Assembly: GCF_963921235.1 (NCBI RefSeq)
Contig: NC_086097.1
Location: forward strand, 57,352,001 to 57,416,000
From: Mobula hypostoma
Taxonomy: Eukaryota
DNA length: 64,000 bases
Direction: 5' to 3'
Shown here: piece by piece, positions 35,634 through 48,672 of the stretch
Layout of the letters: each line of letters opens with the position of its first letter
Position numbering within the stretch: the stretch's first letter is position 1
Translations under genes and position numbers: made by a program
Notes under the pieces: model-generated
What the model saw: the letters and a program-made list of their open reading frames with translations, nothing else
Databases searched by the model: none
What the model was told of the DNA's origin: nothing

Positions 35634-38100
35634 TGTGAGTGAGTGCAACTGGACAATAGTTATTAAGGCATCTCACACTACTATTCTTGGGCACTGGTTT
35701 AATTGTTGCCCTTTTAAAGCAGGTGGGAATTCCAACCATAGGAATGAGAGGTCGAAAGTGTCCTTGAATACACCTGCCAGTTTGTAGAGACAAGTTTTCA
35801 GAGCCTTACCAGGTACTCCGTCTTATGAGGATTGACTCTCTTGAAAGGCAGCCTGACATCGGCCTCCGAGACAGAGATCACAGGGTCACTGAGTGCAGCA
35901 CAGATCTTCACAGCTGTCATTATATTCTCCCTTTCAAAGCAGGCATAAAAGGCGTTGAGTTCATCTGGTAGGGAAGCATCACTGTTATCCATGCTAATGG
36001 AGTTTGCTTTGTAGGAAGTAATGTCCTGCAAATCCTGCCAGAGTTAACATGCATCCAACGTCACCTCCAACCTCTCGGTTTCTTCGCTCTTGAAAAAGTC
36101 ATCCGCAAGTCATACCTGGTTTTTTTGCATAGGCCCGGGTTGCCAGACTTAAATGCCATAGATCTAGCCCTCAGCAGACGACGAACCTCCTGGTTCATCA
36201 CTGGCTTTTGGTTTGGGAATGTCCAGCAGGTTTTTATAGTCACACAATCATCCACACAGGGCTTAATGAAGTTGGTAATAACTGTGGCATACTCATCCAA
36301 ATTCGAAGATGAACCCCTGAATACAGTCCAGTCCACCAAGTCAAAGCAGTCCTGTAAGCTCTCCTGTGCTTCCCTTGTCCATATCTTGGTCTTCACTATT
36401 GGTGCTGCAGTTTTCAGTCTGCCTATGCTCACGGAATAGAAGTACAGTCAGGTGATCAGTCTTTTCTGGTGTAGCTGTGAAAGAGCATGGTAAGCACTCT
36501 TGATCTTAGTGCAACAGTGGTCCATTGTGGCTTCCTCACTGCAAGTGATTTATTGATGGTAATTATTTAATGACTTTTTCAAGCTGGCCTGGTTAAAATC
36601 TCCCAAAATGGTGGAGAAGGCATCAGGATGCGCCGTTTCGTGCATGCTGATCACATCTGTCCGATCATCTAGAGTCTGTTTAATATTGGTCTGAGGTGGA
36701 ATGTGCATCACTACCAAAAAGGTCACTGAAATCTCCTGCGGCAGGGAGAATGGACGGCACTTAATTGCGAGGTATTCCAGATCTCATGAGCAAAATTGGG
36801 ATGTCACTGATCCATTAGTACACCACGAGGAGTTGATCATGAGGCATACACCTCCACCACTCGACTGTCCTATCTTGATGGTGTCTGGTGAACCTGTCAA
36901 TCTGAATTGCTGCGTCTGGAATGTAGGGGTTAACCAGGATTCTGTGAAGCAGAGGACACATGCTGTCCTAATGTGTGCCTGATACAGCACCCTAGTTCTG
37001 ATATCATCAGTTTTATTTACCAGAGACTGTACATTTGCAAGCAAGGTAGTCAGCACTGAAAGTTGAAAACCTTGTTTTTTAAATGCACTTGTAGCCCTGA
37101 ACACCAGACATGTTTCTGACGAGGAGCCCTCCTAGCGAAGATATTATGGCCACAGTCAGCATTATTTGCACTGGTTTTAAGCAGCGATAGATTGTTTTCA
37201 ATCACATTAAAACATTTATTCTTTATTAACTGTGCAGACCTTGGTTGCAGTTCTGATTCTTAGCTGTAGCAGGCTGAAGCAGGAATATTTAATCATATGC
37301 ATTGAGCTGTACTGCCATGAGTTTGCCTTTTTATAGGTGCCCCAGAAGTAAGACCTAAGAGCTGACTGTGGACTTCAGAACGGGTAGGATGAGGGAACAC
37401 GAACCCAATCCTCATAGAGGGATCAGAAGTGAAGAGAGAGAACAATTTCAAGTTCCTGGGTGTCGGGATCTCTGAGGATCTAACCTGGTCCCAACATATC
37501 AATGCGACTATAAAGAAGGCAAGGCAGTGGCTATATTTCATTAGGTGTTTGAAGAGATTTGGTTTGTCACCTAAAACACTTGAAAACTTCCATAGATGTA
37601 CTGTGGAGAGCATTCTGACATCTCTGTCTGGTATGGGGTGGGCGGGGGTGGTCGGACACTGCACAGGATTGAAATGAGCTACAGAAAGTTGTAAAATTAC
37701 TCAGCTCCATCTTGGGTACTAGCCTCCATAGTATCCAAGACATCTTCAAGGAGCGGTGCCTCAGAAAGACGGACCCCCATTACTCAGAACATGCGCTTTT
37801 CTCATTGTTACTGGAAGGACGTACAGAAGCTTGAAGGCACACACTCAGCAATTCAGGAACAACTTCTACCCCACTGCCATTCAGTTCCTAAATGAACATT
37901 GAACCCATGAACACTACCTCACTTTTATTATTTCTGTTTTTGTGCTATTTTTAATTTAACTATTTAATATAGGTATATACTTACTGTAATTGATTTACTT
38001 AGTTATTGTTTTCTATATTATCATGTATTGCATTGTACTGCTGGCGCTAAGTTAATAAATTTCACAACATATGACAGTGATATTAAACTGACTCTGATTC
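35634..38100. mobile_element. Rex1/Babar-like LINE: EN-to-RT part on - strand (35634-37340, plus 34315-34440), 3' part on + strand (37345-38100)
   Basis: LLANVQSLVNK, LCFTESWL, GGGVCLMINSSWC, DCFDLVDW, PNQKP, LPDELNAFYACF on minus; FKFLGVGISEDLTW...FHRCTVESILT and tail on plus. Confidence 0.8.
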
Positions 38101-41100
38101 TGAGACTCCCTAAACTTATTTTGGTGGATATTGAAGAAGCCTTTAACTATAAAGCCTGAATGTTATGTACCGAATATCAGGCAAAATAGACATTTTCAGA
38201 CTATCCAAATCTTAGAGTTTACATGACTGTTTCTACATTGGTGATTTTTTAGTAACATTGATGACTGAACTCTGGAATGGTTGGAAAAGTGTAGAGTGAA
38301 ACACATCATTATGCGAATCAGTAGTGTGCATAGTATAATTTAGGTAATTAGATTTATGCTGTTTCTGGCTTTTGAATAGCACAGCAATGTTGGTGCCAGT
38401 ATTCATAAAAGAATATTTTAATGAGATTGAAGATCTCATGTGGCATGGTCAATCTGGCAGCATTTTGTTTTGTTCCTGAGAACTGTAGAATTTGTGTTTG
38501 GAAATAACGTGGCTTTTAGTGGATTCAGGCATAGTTAACCATTATTTTATTTCAACCAGTCCATATTAAGATTAAGAAAAAATAAAAATCCCCTGTTCAT
38601 TACTTCCAATGCACATATGTCATTTGGGCAATATTTCTACTGCCATGTATTTCCTGGTTTTATCCTATCTAATCTCTCCTTTGTAACACATTGCAGAATT
38701 TCTGCACAGTGATAATCTGGATTGTACTTGAAATTTTGAGGCTGCACAGAAATGAGAAGATGTCTTTGGCTTGTGGGATGTAGTTACACTTCACCATCCA
38801 GCTTTAAAGTAAATAGCCAGGAGGCAGAGGAGGATAACAAAAATGTTGCATTTCTGATTGCCAATTTTAACGAACAAAATTCTTTGCTGACCAGGTCATA
38901 TAATTTAATTCATCAAATTAAAGCAAAATAAATTATTCGAAGATATTTTTCATATCAGGGCAGAAAGTGTTTTTGGAAAGGACAACCCTGTAGGTTTGAT
39001 CATACCTATGTTTTTTCATTAATTACTTTTTGATAGTTGTTCTATAATGGTAAGTTTGGTAAGTTTGTAGATTGTAGAAGCATTAGTTTCGTGGTTTGAG
39101 CCTATAGCCAATTTTGAAATTGGAAAGGTTGTACTACAAATCCAGACCAGTGAAATAAAATGCCTTGAAGCTATTACTATGATTTTTACTGATGAGTTGA
39201 AACAATGTGTGGCAGTTCACTGTTCATCTTTCTCAGATTATGCTTTTTAATTCAGATAGTAGCTTCTATCACACTCAGAATTAACATTTGAAGATCATAT
39301 TGAAATTGAACTTGATAAGTCAACTCTTAATAAGTGTATCTTGCGGCATCTAAAATTAATAAATAGCATATGTAATACAGTAATTATTTTGCTACTGTAC
39401 TGTTGTATGGCCATTATTCTGTTGTTGTATTATGTGCCCATTTCTTTTCAGAAAATGAAAAGATTTTAATGAACATCTGATTATCTTAGCCATCTTTCTC
39501 TGCTGCATTTATAAACTTAGCCATGTTGCCATGAACAACAAGTCAGCAGAAGCTGGGCACTGCTCAAGAACTGAATAATAAGTTATACCCAGCCAATGAT
39601 ATTTGATTTCCAGTGCACGCTTAATGTATATATAGAGAGAGATGATGCTGCTTTATCTATTAAAATATAGTGATCATTTTTACAAATGAAAATAAATGAT
39701 ATTTGAAGTTTTAAATTTTCATATTTAATCTGAAAGTTATTAATGGACCATATTCCTTGTTAACTTTAAATTTGTATTGATTTCATATGTGCTAGGAAAT
39801 GTGAAATGAGGTGTTGGGGAAAATCCTTCTTCCAACAAATTATAATGTTTGACATGAATGCTGACATAATTTACTTAAACACTACAATTTCACAAATCAA
39901 ACCTTACTTAGGGGTTATATTTAGAGCAGATACTCAGCCACATAGGTTGCCAAAGAAGCCTGTGCTAGCATGCATTGTATTTCCATTTTACCTCCTGCTT
40001 AAAGCCGTTGCCTAGTAACCTGAGCTCAGCTACATTTTAGATAGTTTCCTGAATAACCCAAGTTGATAGAGCACAATGGAAAAATCCACTCATTAGCATT
40101 TAGTGCTTCGAGTGCACGTAAGAAGACCACTAAGTCCATCAAGTCAGTCCAATTAGTTGAACAAGCTATCCAGCAATTTTTCGCATCTGCCACAGAAACC
40201 ATTAATGGCTTGAACTGGTCTAATGTTGGAGTTCAAATCCATTCCTGGGAAAATATTAGCTTGGGCTGCCAAGAGTAGATCAAAGATTTATTCTACTGTA
40301 GAAAGTGCTGTAACCTTAAAGTCTTTCCTGGAAATGAACGTTTATAGCAATGTATTGTATTTTTTTACTGTCCAGACTAGTTTATTGCTATGCATAAGCT
40401 ATATTTCAAATGGGCCTTTTTGACTTGTAACAATTTATTTGTAGAAGCTCTGTGCTAGTTTCTAAAAGACTGTCAGATTCACCTTTGTGTTTGTAAGTTG
40501 GGCCGATGCCAGTTTTCCTATTTCATTGTTGATGCTCAGTTTCAGAAATTCTTTAGGTCAATAATTGACGTGACAAACCTTACTGCTTAAAAACAAGCAA
40601 CTAAAGTGTGCTGCTCAGTTACTGGGTCACATTCCCAAAAAATTAATTTGTTCCACTGCCTTCACTTGTATGCGGTTCATTGCATAGAGGAAAAATAATG
40701 ACGCAATCATAAATTCTGTTTAAACCCGCTCACATGTGGCTTGTTCTATGGACCACTGATAACATAACCGCATATGAAGAATGTGTGGAATTGCACATAC
40801 TTTGAACATTACTCAGTAGTCAGTTTACTTCTTGGAATTATCAAAGAAAGGTTATAAAATGAAAAAGAGAGTGAGGTCAAGCAGCAGATCAGATCTCGTC
40901 CTAAACTAATATTTGGAATGGGGAAAACTGATTCAAATGACTTGTCTGGGTTTAGTGAGATCATGGCTGGGTCAGAGGCACCACAGTATTTGCCAAACAA
41001 GAGCCTGCATCCGGAACAGATGCCTTTCCAAGTCAGTTTGCCAAGCCAGATGGGACCAGTATGCAATGCATGCAGTTTTTCATCCAGCAAAAGGCCAATC

Positions 41101-42423
41101 AGAATGCCAATACCTATAAAGTGGAACCTAGAAAAAATGACTGCTACTAATGACCTGTTTAAGTGAAGTATGATTAGTTAGCTTATTCTCTTTATATCTT
41201 TTACAAACTTATCTTTGAAACATGTTTTGTTTACTCAGCAAAATACAAAAATATACTTTAATGTTTCTCCTTCCTACAAGACATACCTGAATAAGTTCCA
41301 CAGTAATCTGCCAACTCACTGAGCATGTTAACATGTGGAAATAATTTAGTTTGAAACAAATAAGAAAATGTAGAACATAATGAAGTATCGTTGTGGCTTG
41401 TGAATTGGTCAAAGTATAACACTAAATCATTTCTGTCATCCAAACTAGTGTGATCTGAGTTTTTTCTCTGGAGGGTTGTATAACTCCATTTGTAGGTAGT
41501 GATTATTTCCTATTCCTTTTAATACTTCAATGGATTATACAATTTCTGTAGTAGCCAAATGCAAGATGCCTGAGCTGTGAATATAGGTTGAAAAGAAATA
41601 AACTTGCAAGGAGTAATTTCAGAAATAATATATAAACAACAATTCAAAATAATGAACTAATGAAAAATATGATGTATCTTCTTTTACTTCTTTGTGACAT
41701 ACTAAATTCTCCACAGTGAATTAATGTTAAATAAGAAGTACACCAGCTAATTTAAGCAATATGATATCTCAGAAACAGTGGTGAGATAAATTAAGCTGAT
41801 TTAGTTTTATTAGTCTCGAGATTGACAGTTTGACAGTGGCATTCAGAAAGCTCCCCTTTGCTTGAAAAATGCCACAAGAAATTAAGCTTTTGTTTTCATT
41901 AAAAGCAAGCAAGCAGTGCTTTGGTTAAATGTCATTTGACAAAAAACAACCTCCAGCATTGTCCCTGGATATTGAATCCTATTGTCATTCTGCATTATGC
42001 TCTCAAGTGTCTGACAAAGAGGTTAAGCATGCACCTATTGGTTCTAAGGTGAGTCCTTGCATTGTGCCAATAATAACCTTGAAATAAGCGCTGTGCTGTC
42101 AGTTTTGATCTTTCACAGTACTTGGAATTCAAAACTGATGATTTAAAATAAAATGTTATCCACTATGCCCAATTTATTTTTGAATCTGAAGTAGTTTGCA
42201 GACCTATGGCTATGATAAGTTTGATTGAAGACGATTAACAACTGAAATCGTAATCCTGTACACTTTGTGGGCAAAAAGCCATTTTCTATTAATATGCAAA
42301 CTGAATGGAAAAAAAAGGACAAGCATCATCATGTGCTTTCATTTTATGATTCAAAGAGACTAATATATTAGAGGGGAATGCAGGTAAAAAGGATTATTGA
42401 TAATTAACTGAATTATCTTTCAG

Positions 42424-42496
42424 TGATGAAGCCGAGAAGATTCGTATTGGAAAGACTGTTGATGCCTGGATCACAGTTATTAATAAGGATATCCAG
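42424..42496 (+). CDS. KIAA0586: KIAA0586/TALPID3 internal coding exon, 73 nt, phase 2 to 0 (absent from the ORF track)
   Basis: Acceptor aattatctttcag|T and donor CAG|gtatgc. Splices in frame to the previous exon (AG+T=Ser), giving SDEAEKIRIGKTVDAWITVINKDIQ, versus recalled TALPID3 [24 protein letters not shown]. Confidence 0.93.
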
Positions 42497-43338
42497 GTAT
42501 GCCAAGAGATGTTGCATATCTTCGGAAGTTTGTTAATCCTTTGATGGCCTAATATTTTTTCTTAGTACAGTATTTTAAAAATTAACTCACTGGTTTATCA
42601 AATTATTTTCTGAAAAAATTGGATGATTATGGAAAAGGATTTTTAGAATTAGAATTTTAAAATTGTATCTTACCTCTTTACTCCATGCTGTCTTAACTGG
42701 ATATAAATATTTGTGTTGTTTAATTATGTATTATATAATTGCATATTCAGTTTCAAATTATCATTTTGAAGTAATCAGAAATGTTATATTAAAAACATGA
42801 ATACCTAACTGGCATTTTTGTGCCCAGATAAATTTAGCTTGTTTGAAGGCATCCAATTATAATGGCTCTGACTTGTAAATGGGTCAGATCTAATTTAGCA
42901 AGATCTGAATTAACACTAAAGACCTACCTTAACCAGCATTTGTATGTTATAATACTCCCAGCATAGGATAATCTTTAAACAGGGTTTTCGGACATTTACT
43001 GGATTATAGTTGTCACGATTAAAATTTCTCACTGAATCAACTAAACTTTTACTGTGCTCATGGACTTCTTTATCAAGTTATGGTATTGTTGCACTGTTGT
43101 AACTATATGTTATAATTATGTGGTTTTGTTAGTTTTTTTCAGTCTTGGTCTGTCCTGTGTTTTATGATATCACACCATGTATCATTTCTTAATGCATGCA
43201 TTACTAAATGACAATGAAAGAGGACTGCGTGTCTTCATAATCATAAACTAAAGCTACTAGGCTGATAGTACAATGCTACCAGGTGCATTGTCTTTAAAAA
43301 AAATCATGTCAACTGGACAAATAGCCTCCTGACACCTA

Positions 43339-44924
43339 CAGTGGCATGCAAAAGTTTGGGCACCCCTGGTCAAAATTTCCGTTACTGTGAATAGTTACGT
43401 GAGTAGAAGATGAATTGATCTCCAAAGGTCATAAAGTTAAAGATGAAGCATTCTTTTCAACATTTTAAGCAAGAGTTGTGTATTATTTTTGTTTTGTAGA
43501 ATTTTAGAGTGAAAAAAAGGAAAGGAACACCATGCAAAAGTTTGGGCACCCCAAGAGATTTGAGCTCTCAGATAACTTTTACCAAGGTCTCAGACTTTCA
43601 TTAGCTTGTTAGGGCAATGACTTGTTCACAATCATCATTAGGAAAGGCCAGGTGATGCAAATTTCAAAGCTTTATAAATACCCTGACTCCTCAAACCTTG
43701 TCCCAACAATCAGCAGCCATGGGCTTCTCTAAGTAGCTGCCTAGCACTCTGAAAATTAAAATAAATGATGCCCACAAAGCAGGAGAAGTCTATAAGAAGA
43801 TAGCAAAGCGTTTTCAGGTAGCCGTTTCCTCAGTTCATAATGTAATTAAGAAATGGCAGTTAACAGGAACGGTGTAGGTCAAGTTGAGGTCTGGAAGACC
43901 AAGAAAACCTTCCGAGAGAACTGCTTGTAGGATTGCTAGAAAGGCAAATCAAAACCCCTGTTTGACTGCAAAGGACCTTCAGGGAGATTTAGCAGACTCT
44001 GGAGTGGTGGTGCACTGTTCTACCGTGCAGCGACACCCGCACAAATATGACCTTCAAGGAAGAGTCATCAGAAGAAAACCTTTCCTGCATCCTCACCATA
44101 AAATTCAGCGTCAGATGTTTGCAAAGGAACATCTAAACAAGGCTGATGCATTTTGGAAACAAGTCCTGTGGACTGATGAAGTTAAAATAGAACATTTGGC
44201 CGCAATGAGCAAAGGTACGTTTGGAGAAAAAAGGGTGCAGAATTTCATGAAAAGAACACCTCTCCAACTGTTAAGCATGGGGGTGGATCGATCATGCTTT
44301 GGGCTTGTGTTGCAGTCAGTGGCATGGGGAATGTTTCACTGGTAGAGGGAGGAATGATTTCAAACAACACACCGTCTGTAAAAAAAGCTGAAGATGAAAA
44401 GAGGATGGCTTCTACAACAGGATAATGATCCTAAGCACACCTCAAAATCCACAATGGACTACCTCAAGAGGTGCAAGCTGAAGGTTTTGCCATGGCCCTC
44501 ACAGTCCCCCGACCTAAAAATCATCGAATATCTATGGACAGACCTCAAAAGAGCAGTGCATGCAAGACGGCCCAAGAATCTCACAGAACTAGAAGCCTTT
44601 TGCAAGGAAGAATGGGTGAAAGTCCCCCAAATAAGAATTGAAAGACCCTTAGCTGGCTACAGAAAGCGTTTACAAGCTGTGGTACTTGCCAAAGGAGGTG
44701 TTACTAAGTACTGATCATGCAGGGTGCCCAAACTTTTGCTTCGGGCCCTTTTCCTTTTTTGTTATTTTGAAACTGTAAAAGATGGAAATAAAAAAGTAAC
44801 TTTGCTTAAAATATTAAAGCCATGTGTCATCTTTAACTTTATGCCTTTTGGAAATCAGGTCATCTTTTACTTGCTTAGTTATTCACAGTAACAGAAATTT
44901 TGAACAAACTTTTGCATGTTGCTA
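43339..44924 (+). mobile_element. Full-length IR/DR Tc1-type transposon, transposase pseudogene (ATG 43719 to stop 44714)
   Basis: TA|cagtggcatgcaaaagtttgggcaccc with an inner DR at about 43531, mirrored at about 44717 and the right end; GRPRK, VLWTDEVKI, LQQDNDPKH, WPSQSPDLKIIEYLW; stops, frameshift and a deletion. Confidence 0.95.
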
Positions 44925-44974
44925 TATGTCAAAGCAACTTCAGTTGCAGTGAAATTCAGATGGTTTTCAATATT

Positions 44975-45803
44975 TAGTGGATTCCAGTTAATTGGGACAC
45001 ATCGGTACCAGTACACTTTGGCTCAATTAAGCGGCTGCCTCAATTAGCTGGTTTCGTGTAAATAGTTAAACAGGTATGTAAAAGATTAATTACTGTTTAA
45101 CTGAGTAACAAACTATGCATTTAAATGAAATACAGAACAAATTAGAACACTATCAATACTACTGGAGTACTATAAAACTGTACATTAGTTCCTCAAACAT
45201 GAGGAAATCTGCAGATGCTGGAATTTCATTCATTGATAGAGGAATTCAGCATACGCTGTCATGTTCTTTTGATTAACAAAGTCAGTGCAGACATCTGATG
45301 TAGATAATGGACTGCCTTCATGGAATGCTATTGACAGTTTTATCCTCCAAATTTTCATCTTCATTGTAACATTCAAGATGATTGTCGATACCTTCAGATT
45401 TTTTGTAGTTCCTAACTTGCTGAAGTAATAAAATCATTTCATTTTCACTCCCAGCTGTTTCTGGCATCTCCAAACCTGAATGCTTGAAATCACAGTGAAC
45501 AAAATAATTCTCAATTGTCAGTTTAAAAAAATCTCTGGTTTTTGAACACAAAAACATGCATTCGTTATTACTTAAAAACTCTTCACTCTAAGCATGGTGT
45601 GGTGTCCAACGGCCACACAAGTGCACAAGTCTGATGCTAGTTAGAAACTGTTCAGCAACAGTCATCTGTTCCAATTAAGTGACATAGTGTTGCAAAAAGA
45701 AGGGCATCCCAGCTGTTTTCTTGATTAGTTTTTGTTCTATAAGAGTTGTCCCAAATAGAGACTGTGCTGATTAACCAATGGCCCAATTAACCGGAATCCA
45801 CTG
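44975..45803. mobile_element. Non-autonomous TcMar/Tigger-like element (same family as 10074-10893)
   Basis: TIRs agtggattccagttaattgg / ccaattaaccggaatccactg|ta. Confidence 0.8.
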
Positions 45804-46540
45804 TAATTGTTTTACAGTTGCTCCTACTAACTAAATCCTTTCTTTAAATTTTTACGTTTTCCTTGATGATCACAACTTTTAAAGTAGTTTACAATAAGCA
45901 GAATAATATTGTAAGTTACAGAAATACAAAAAGTGAAGTAGGCATAGTTGCAGTGAAAACAGCTCTTCATGGAGCTGATTGCTGTTCGAAATGTCAACCT
46001 GACTGCAAAACTGTATTATAACAATGTCTTTATCACTGTTCTGATCTTTAATGGCAATGTTGGACACACAGATTAACTGCAGGTCTAGATTTTGTTGAAG
46101 TCTTGTTCCTGATATTGTTATTTCTCAGTGCCTGATGTCACAAGTGAAGCTCTGGAGGAATTATTAGGCAGGAAGAACATGTCACTATTTTCAAGAAGTC
46201 AAGTAGCAGTTACAAATTACTTGCTGGCTTGTCCTTTTTGCCTGATGGTTCAATATCTGGGCATTTTTGACCTGCATCTCACTTCACAATATTAAATTTA
46301 ATTATGGGGGAAGGATTTCTGGTGCTGCTTCTAAACAATCTGATAGCAATTATGGCGGCTTATTTAGGCCAATGTTGAGATTGGAAGAAGGTATTCTGGA
46401 AAGCAGAGGGAAGGTAGAAGAAGTAGTGACAGCTTTGAAAATCTGTAAGACATTGTGGTGGAGCATGTGTCTATCAACTGTCACGGAGTCACCATATCAA
46501 AGTGGATTTATTATTGAAGTGTATATATGTCACCATATAT

Positions 46541-47422
46541 TGTTACGTAACCGGCAACAACAATGAATATTAATCGAGACAGGTTTTATAAAAACAACCA
46601 AACATTTTTTTAAACATGTATAAACGATAAGGAAAAAAAAAACAAAGGGAAACTTTAAACGGAGGCTAACAGGTACGCAGCCATTCACCAACTTGCCACT
46701 CGGCTCTGGTTCTTAAAGCGTTAAATGCGGAAACAGTTCTTAAAGCGATACAGTCAGATATGGTTCTTAAAGCAATAACTTCGAAAGTCCAACAGTTTTA
46801 CACATTCAATTGGGAGAGACTTCTCTGGAGAAAGATTTCTTCACCGACGCACCTTTACTGCTGGTTCCGTCCACAGGATTCCCGATGCCGAAAATAAACA
46901 GTTTAAATCACCTGACTTAAATTCCTTTAAAGAGAGAGAGCACCTTTTTGCATGAACTCATTGCGCTTTTGCAACAGTTATCTCGATACAGGTTCTCTCC
47001 AATGAAGACTCAATAAGGTTGATTCTTTATTAAACTGCCAGACGATGCCGACTTCTCTCGCTCCTTCACTTCGATGAATTCTTCACTCTCTCTTCAAAAC
47101 TGTTGGAATTGAGTAAATTGGCACTTCCAGCCACAAATTTCCAGTTCAATAATACAAATCTTGTAAGAGAACGCACCTTCTGTTTTAAAAATGAAATTTC
47201 GTCACAAAAACAAACACACAACAGAAACAGAGGCACAACACGTTCTACCTGGAAATCTACAAACTCAAAAACTAACTGCGTCACCTGGGTCGACCCTTAT
47301 ATAGTCACAGGGCACATGTCATCACGTGACCTCACATTGGCGGGAAAATCACATCAGGTGACCTCCAAAAGACCATTACATCATTCTCACAAAAAAAAAC
47401 AGATCTCCTTGAGCATGTAACA
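46541..47422 (-). mobile_element. Solo LTR, 882 bp
   Basis: TGTTACGT...ATGTAACA terminal inverted repeat; perfect 4-bp TSD atat (46537-46540, 47423-47426); minus-strand TATA-like motif at about 47296; three internal ttcttaaagc repeats. Confidence 0.85.
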
Positions 47423-48344
47423 ATATAACCCTGAGATTCACTTTCCTGTAGGCATTTACAGTAAAGAAAAGAAACACAATAGAATCAATGAAAGTGCCCT
47501 GAATAGGATGGACAACAACCAGAGTACAAAAGTCAACAAACTAAAAATACAAAATGAAAGTAAATAAATAAATAGAATGATTGATTGATCGAAAAAGCAA
47601 TAAACAAATATGCATTGGTAACTTGAGCTTGGCACCGCTACACTGCTCCCGGTCCATTACCGTTTTGGTAGGTTTACGAGTCATCCTCCAGCAGTAACAT
47701 ATAAATAAGGACAACTGAAAACTGTTGTGCTTATGTGACAGGTGTTCCAGAATCTAAGATAGACAGCACTGTTACATTGCCTTTCAGACTTCTCATCACC
47801 GTGCTGGAATTTTATCAGCTAAAATGATGGTGCCTCCTTAGTTTACTTCTGGTTTGTGACCGTGGTCAGAACATCATGTAGATTCATAGTGGTGCTTAGA
47901 CAAAATATTCATTTACCTTGTGCTGTTGTCTTCCTGAATGCTAGTATGTCAGACTGCACGCTGGCAGGTGGATGATTAGGACCTTACAGACGCTGCTTGT
48001 GGCTCCCAACACTATGATATACACCAGGGTTCCCCCAATTGGTTTTCCACAAGGGCCAAATTATGTCAAGCATGCCAAGCCAAGGGCCAAAACATCCAGG
48101 AAGTTGTTTTATGGGCAGATGTTGTTGTTGCTGCTATTATTATTATTATTATTATTAGTGGTAGTAGTAGTAGTGGTAGTAGTAATAATTTAGGCCTGGG
48201 ATTCTCAAAGCCTGTGTTGTGGGTCACACAAGAAAAAAAATGCACTCTTGAAACAGAATAGATCTAAAACCAACCATTTAATTATGACTCTAGCTATCAC
48301 AACTGTCAGCTGTCACATTGAGAACTCATCTGGGACTTAAAATA

Positions 48345-48371
48345 CACAACACACACACACACACACACTCA

Positions 48372-48421
<50 letters not shown>
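48345..48421. repeat. (CA)n microsatellite; (TTG/TTA/TAG)n run at 48120-48188
   Basis: Seen directly; both lie inside the hAT element. Confidence 0.95.
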
Positions 48422-48426
<5 letters not shown>

Positions 48427-48672
48427 CATGGTAGTCTTCACCACTTCTCTTCCACACAAAGAACACTTCTCCACCACACAGAGTTTTAGTAGTATTGCCT
48501 TTTCCACTGTTTCTGTTCTCTCATTTAATCTATTTGTTCTTTTTAATTAAACTATGTAGCATTTGAAGTATGAAGTGTAGCTATAAATGAAATTATCAGT
48601 ATTATTGTTGTAATGTTATTATACCACAATAAGATGGACAAATGGACAAAAATAAATTGATTCACTCACCAA

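Noticed and set aside
40918..41166. 82-aa ORF as a novel protein or extra KIAA0586 exon
   Set aside because: No good + strand splice sites or recognisable homology, and the flanking exons already join in frame without it.
46700..46780. CRISPR-like or regulatory array (ttcttaaagc repeats; also the 55949-56408 repeats)
   Set aside because: These are short internal repeats of an LTR and a MITE in vertebrate DNA, with no cas genes and no regular spacers.
47972..48193. ORF ending in poly-Leu/Val (transmembrane-like)
   Set aside because: It is the translation of a trinucleotide microsatellite inside the hAT element.
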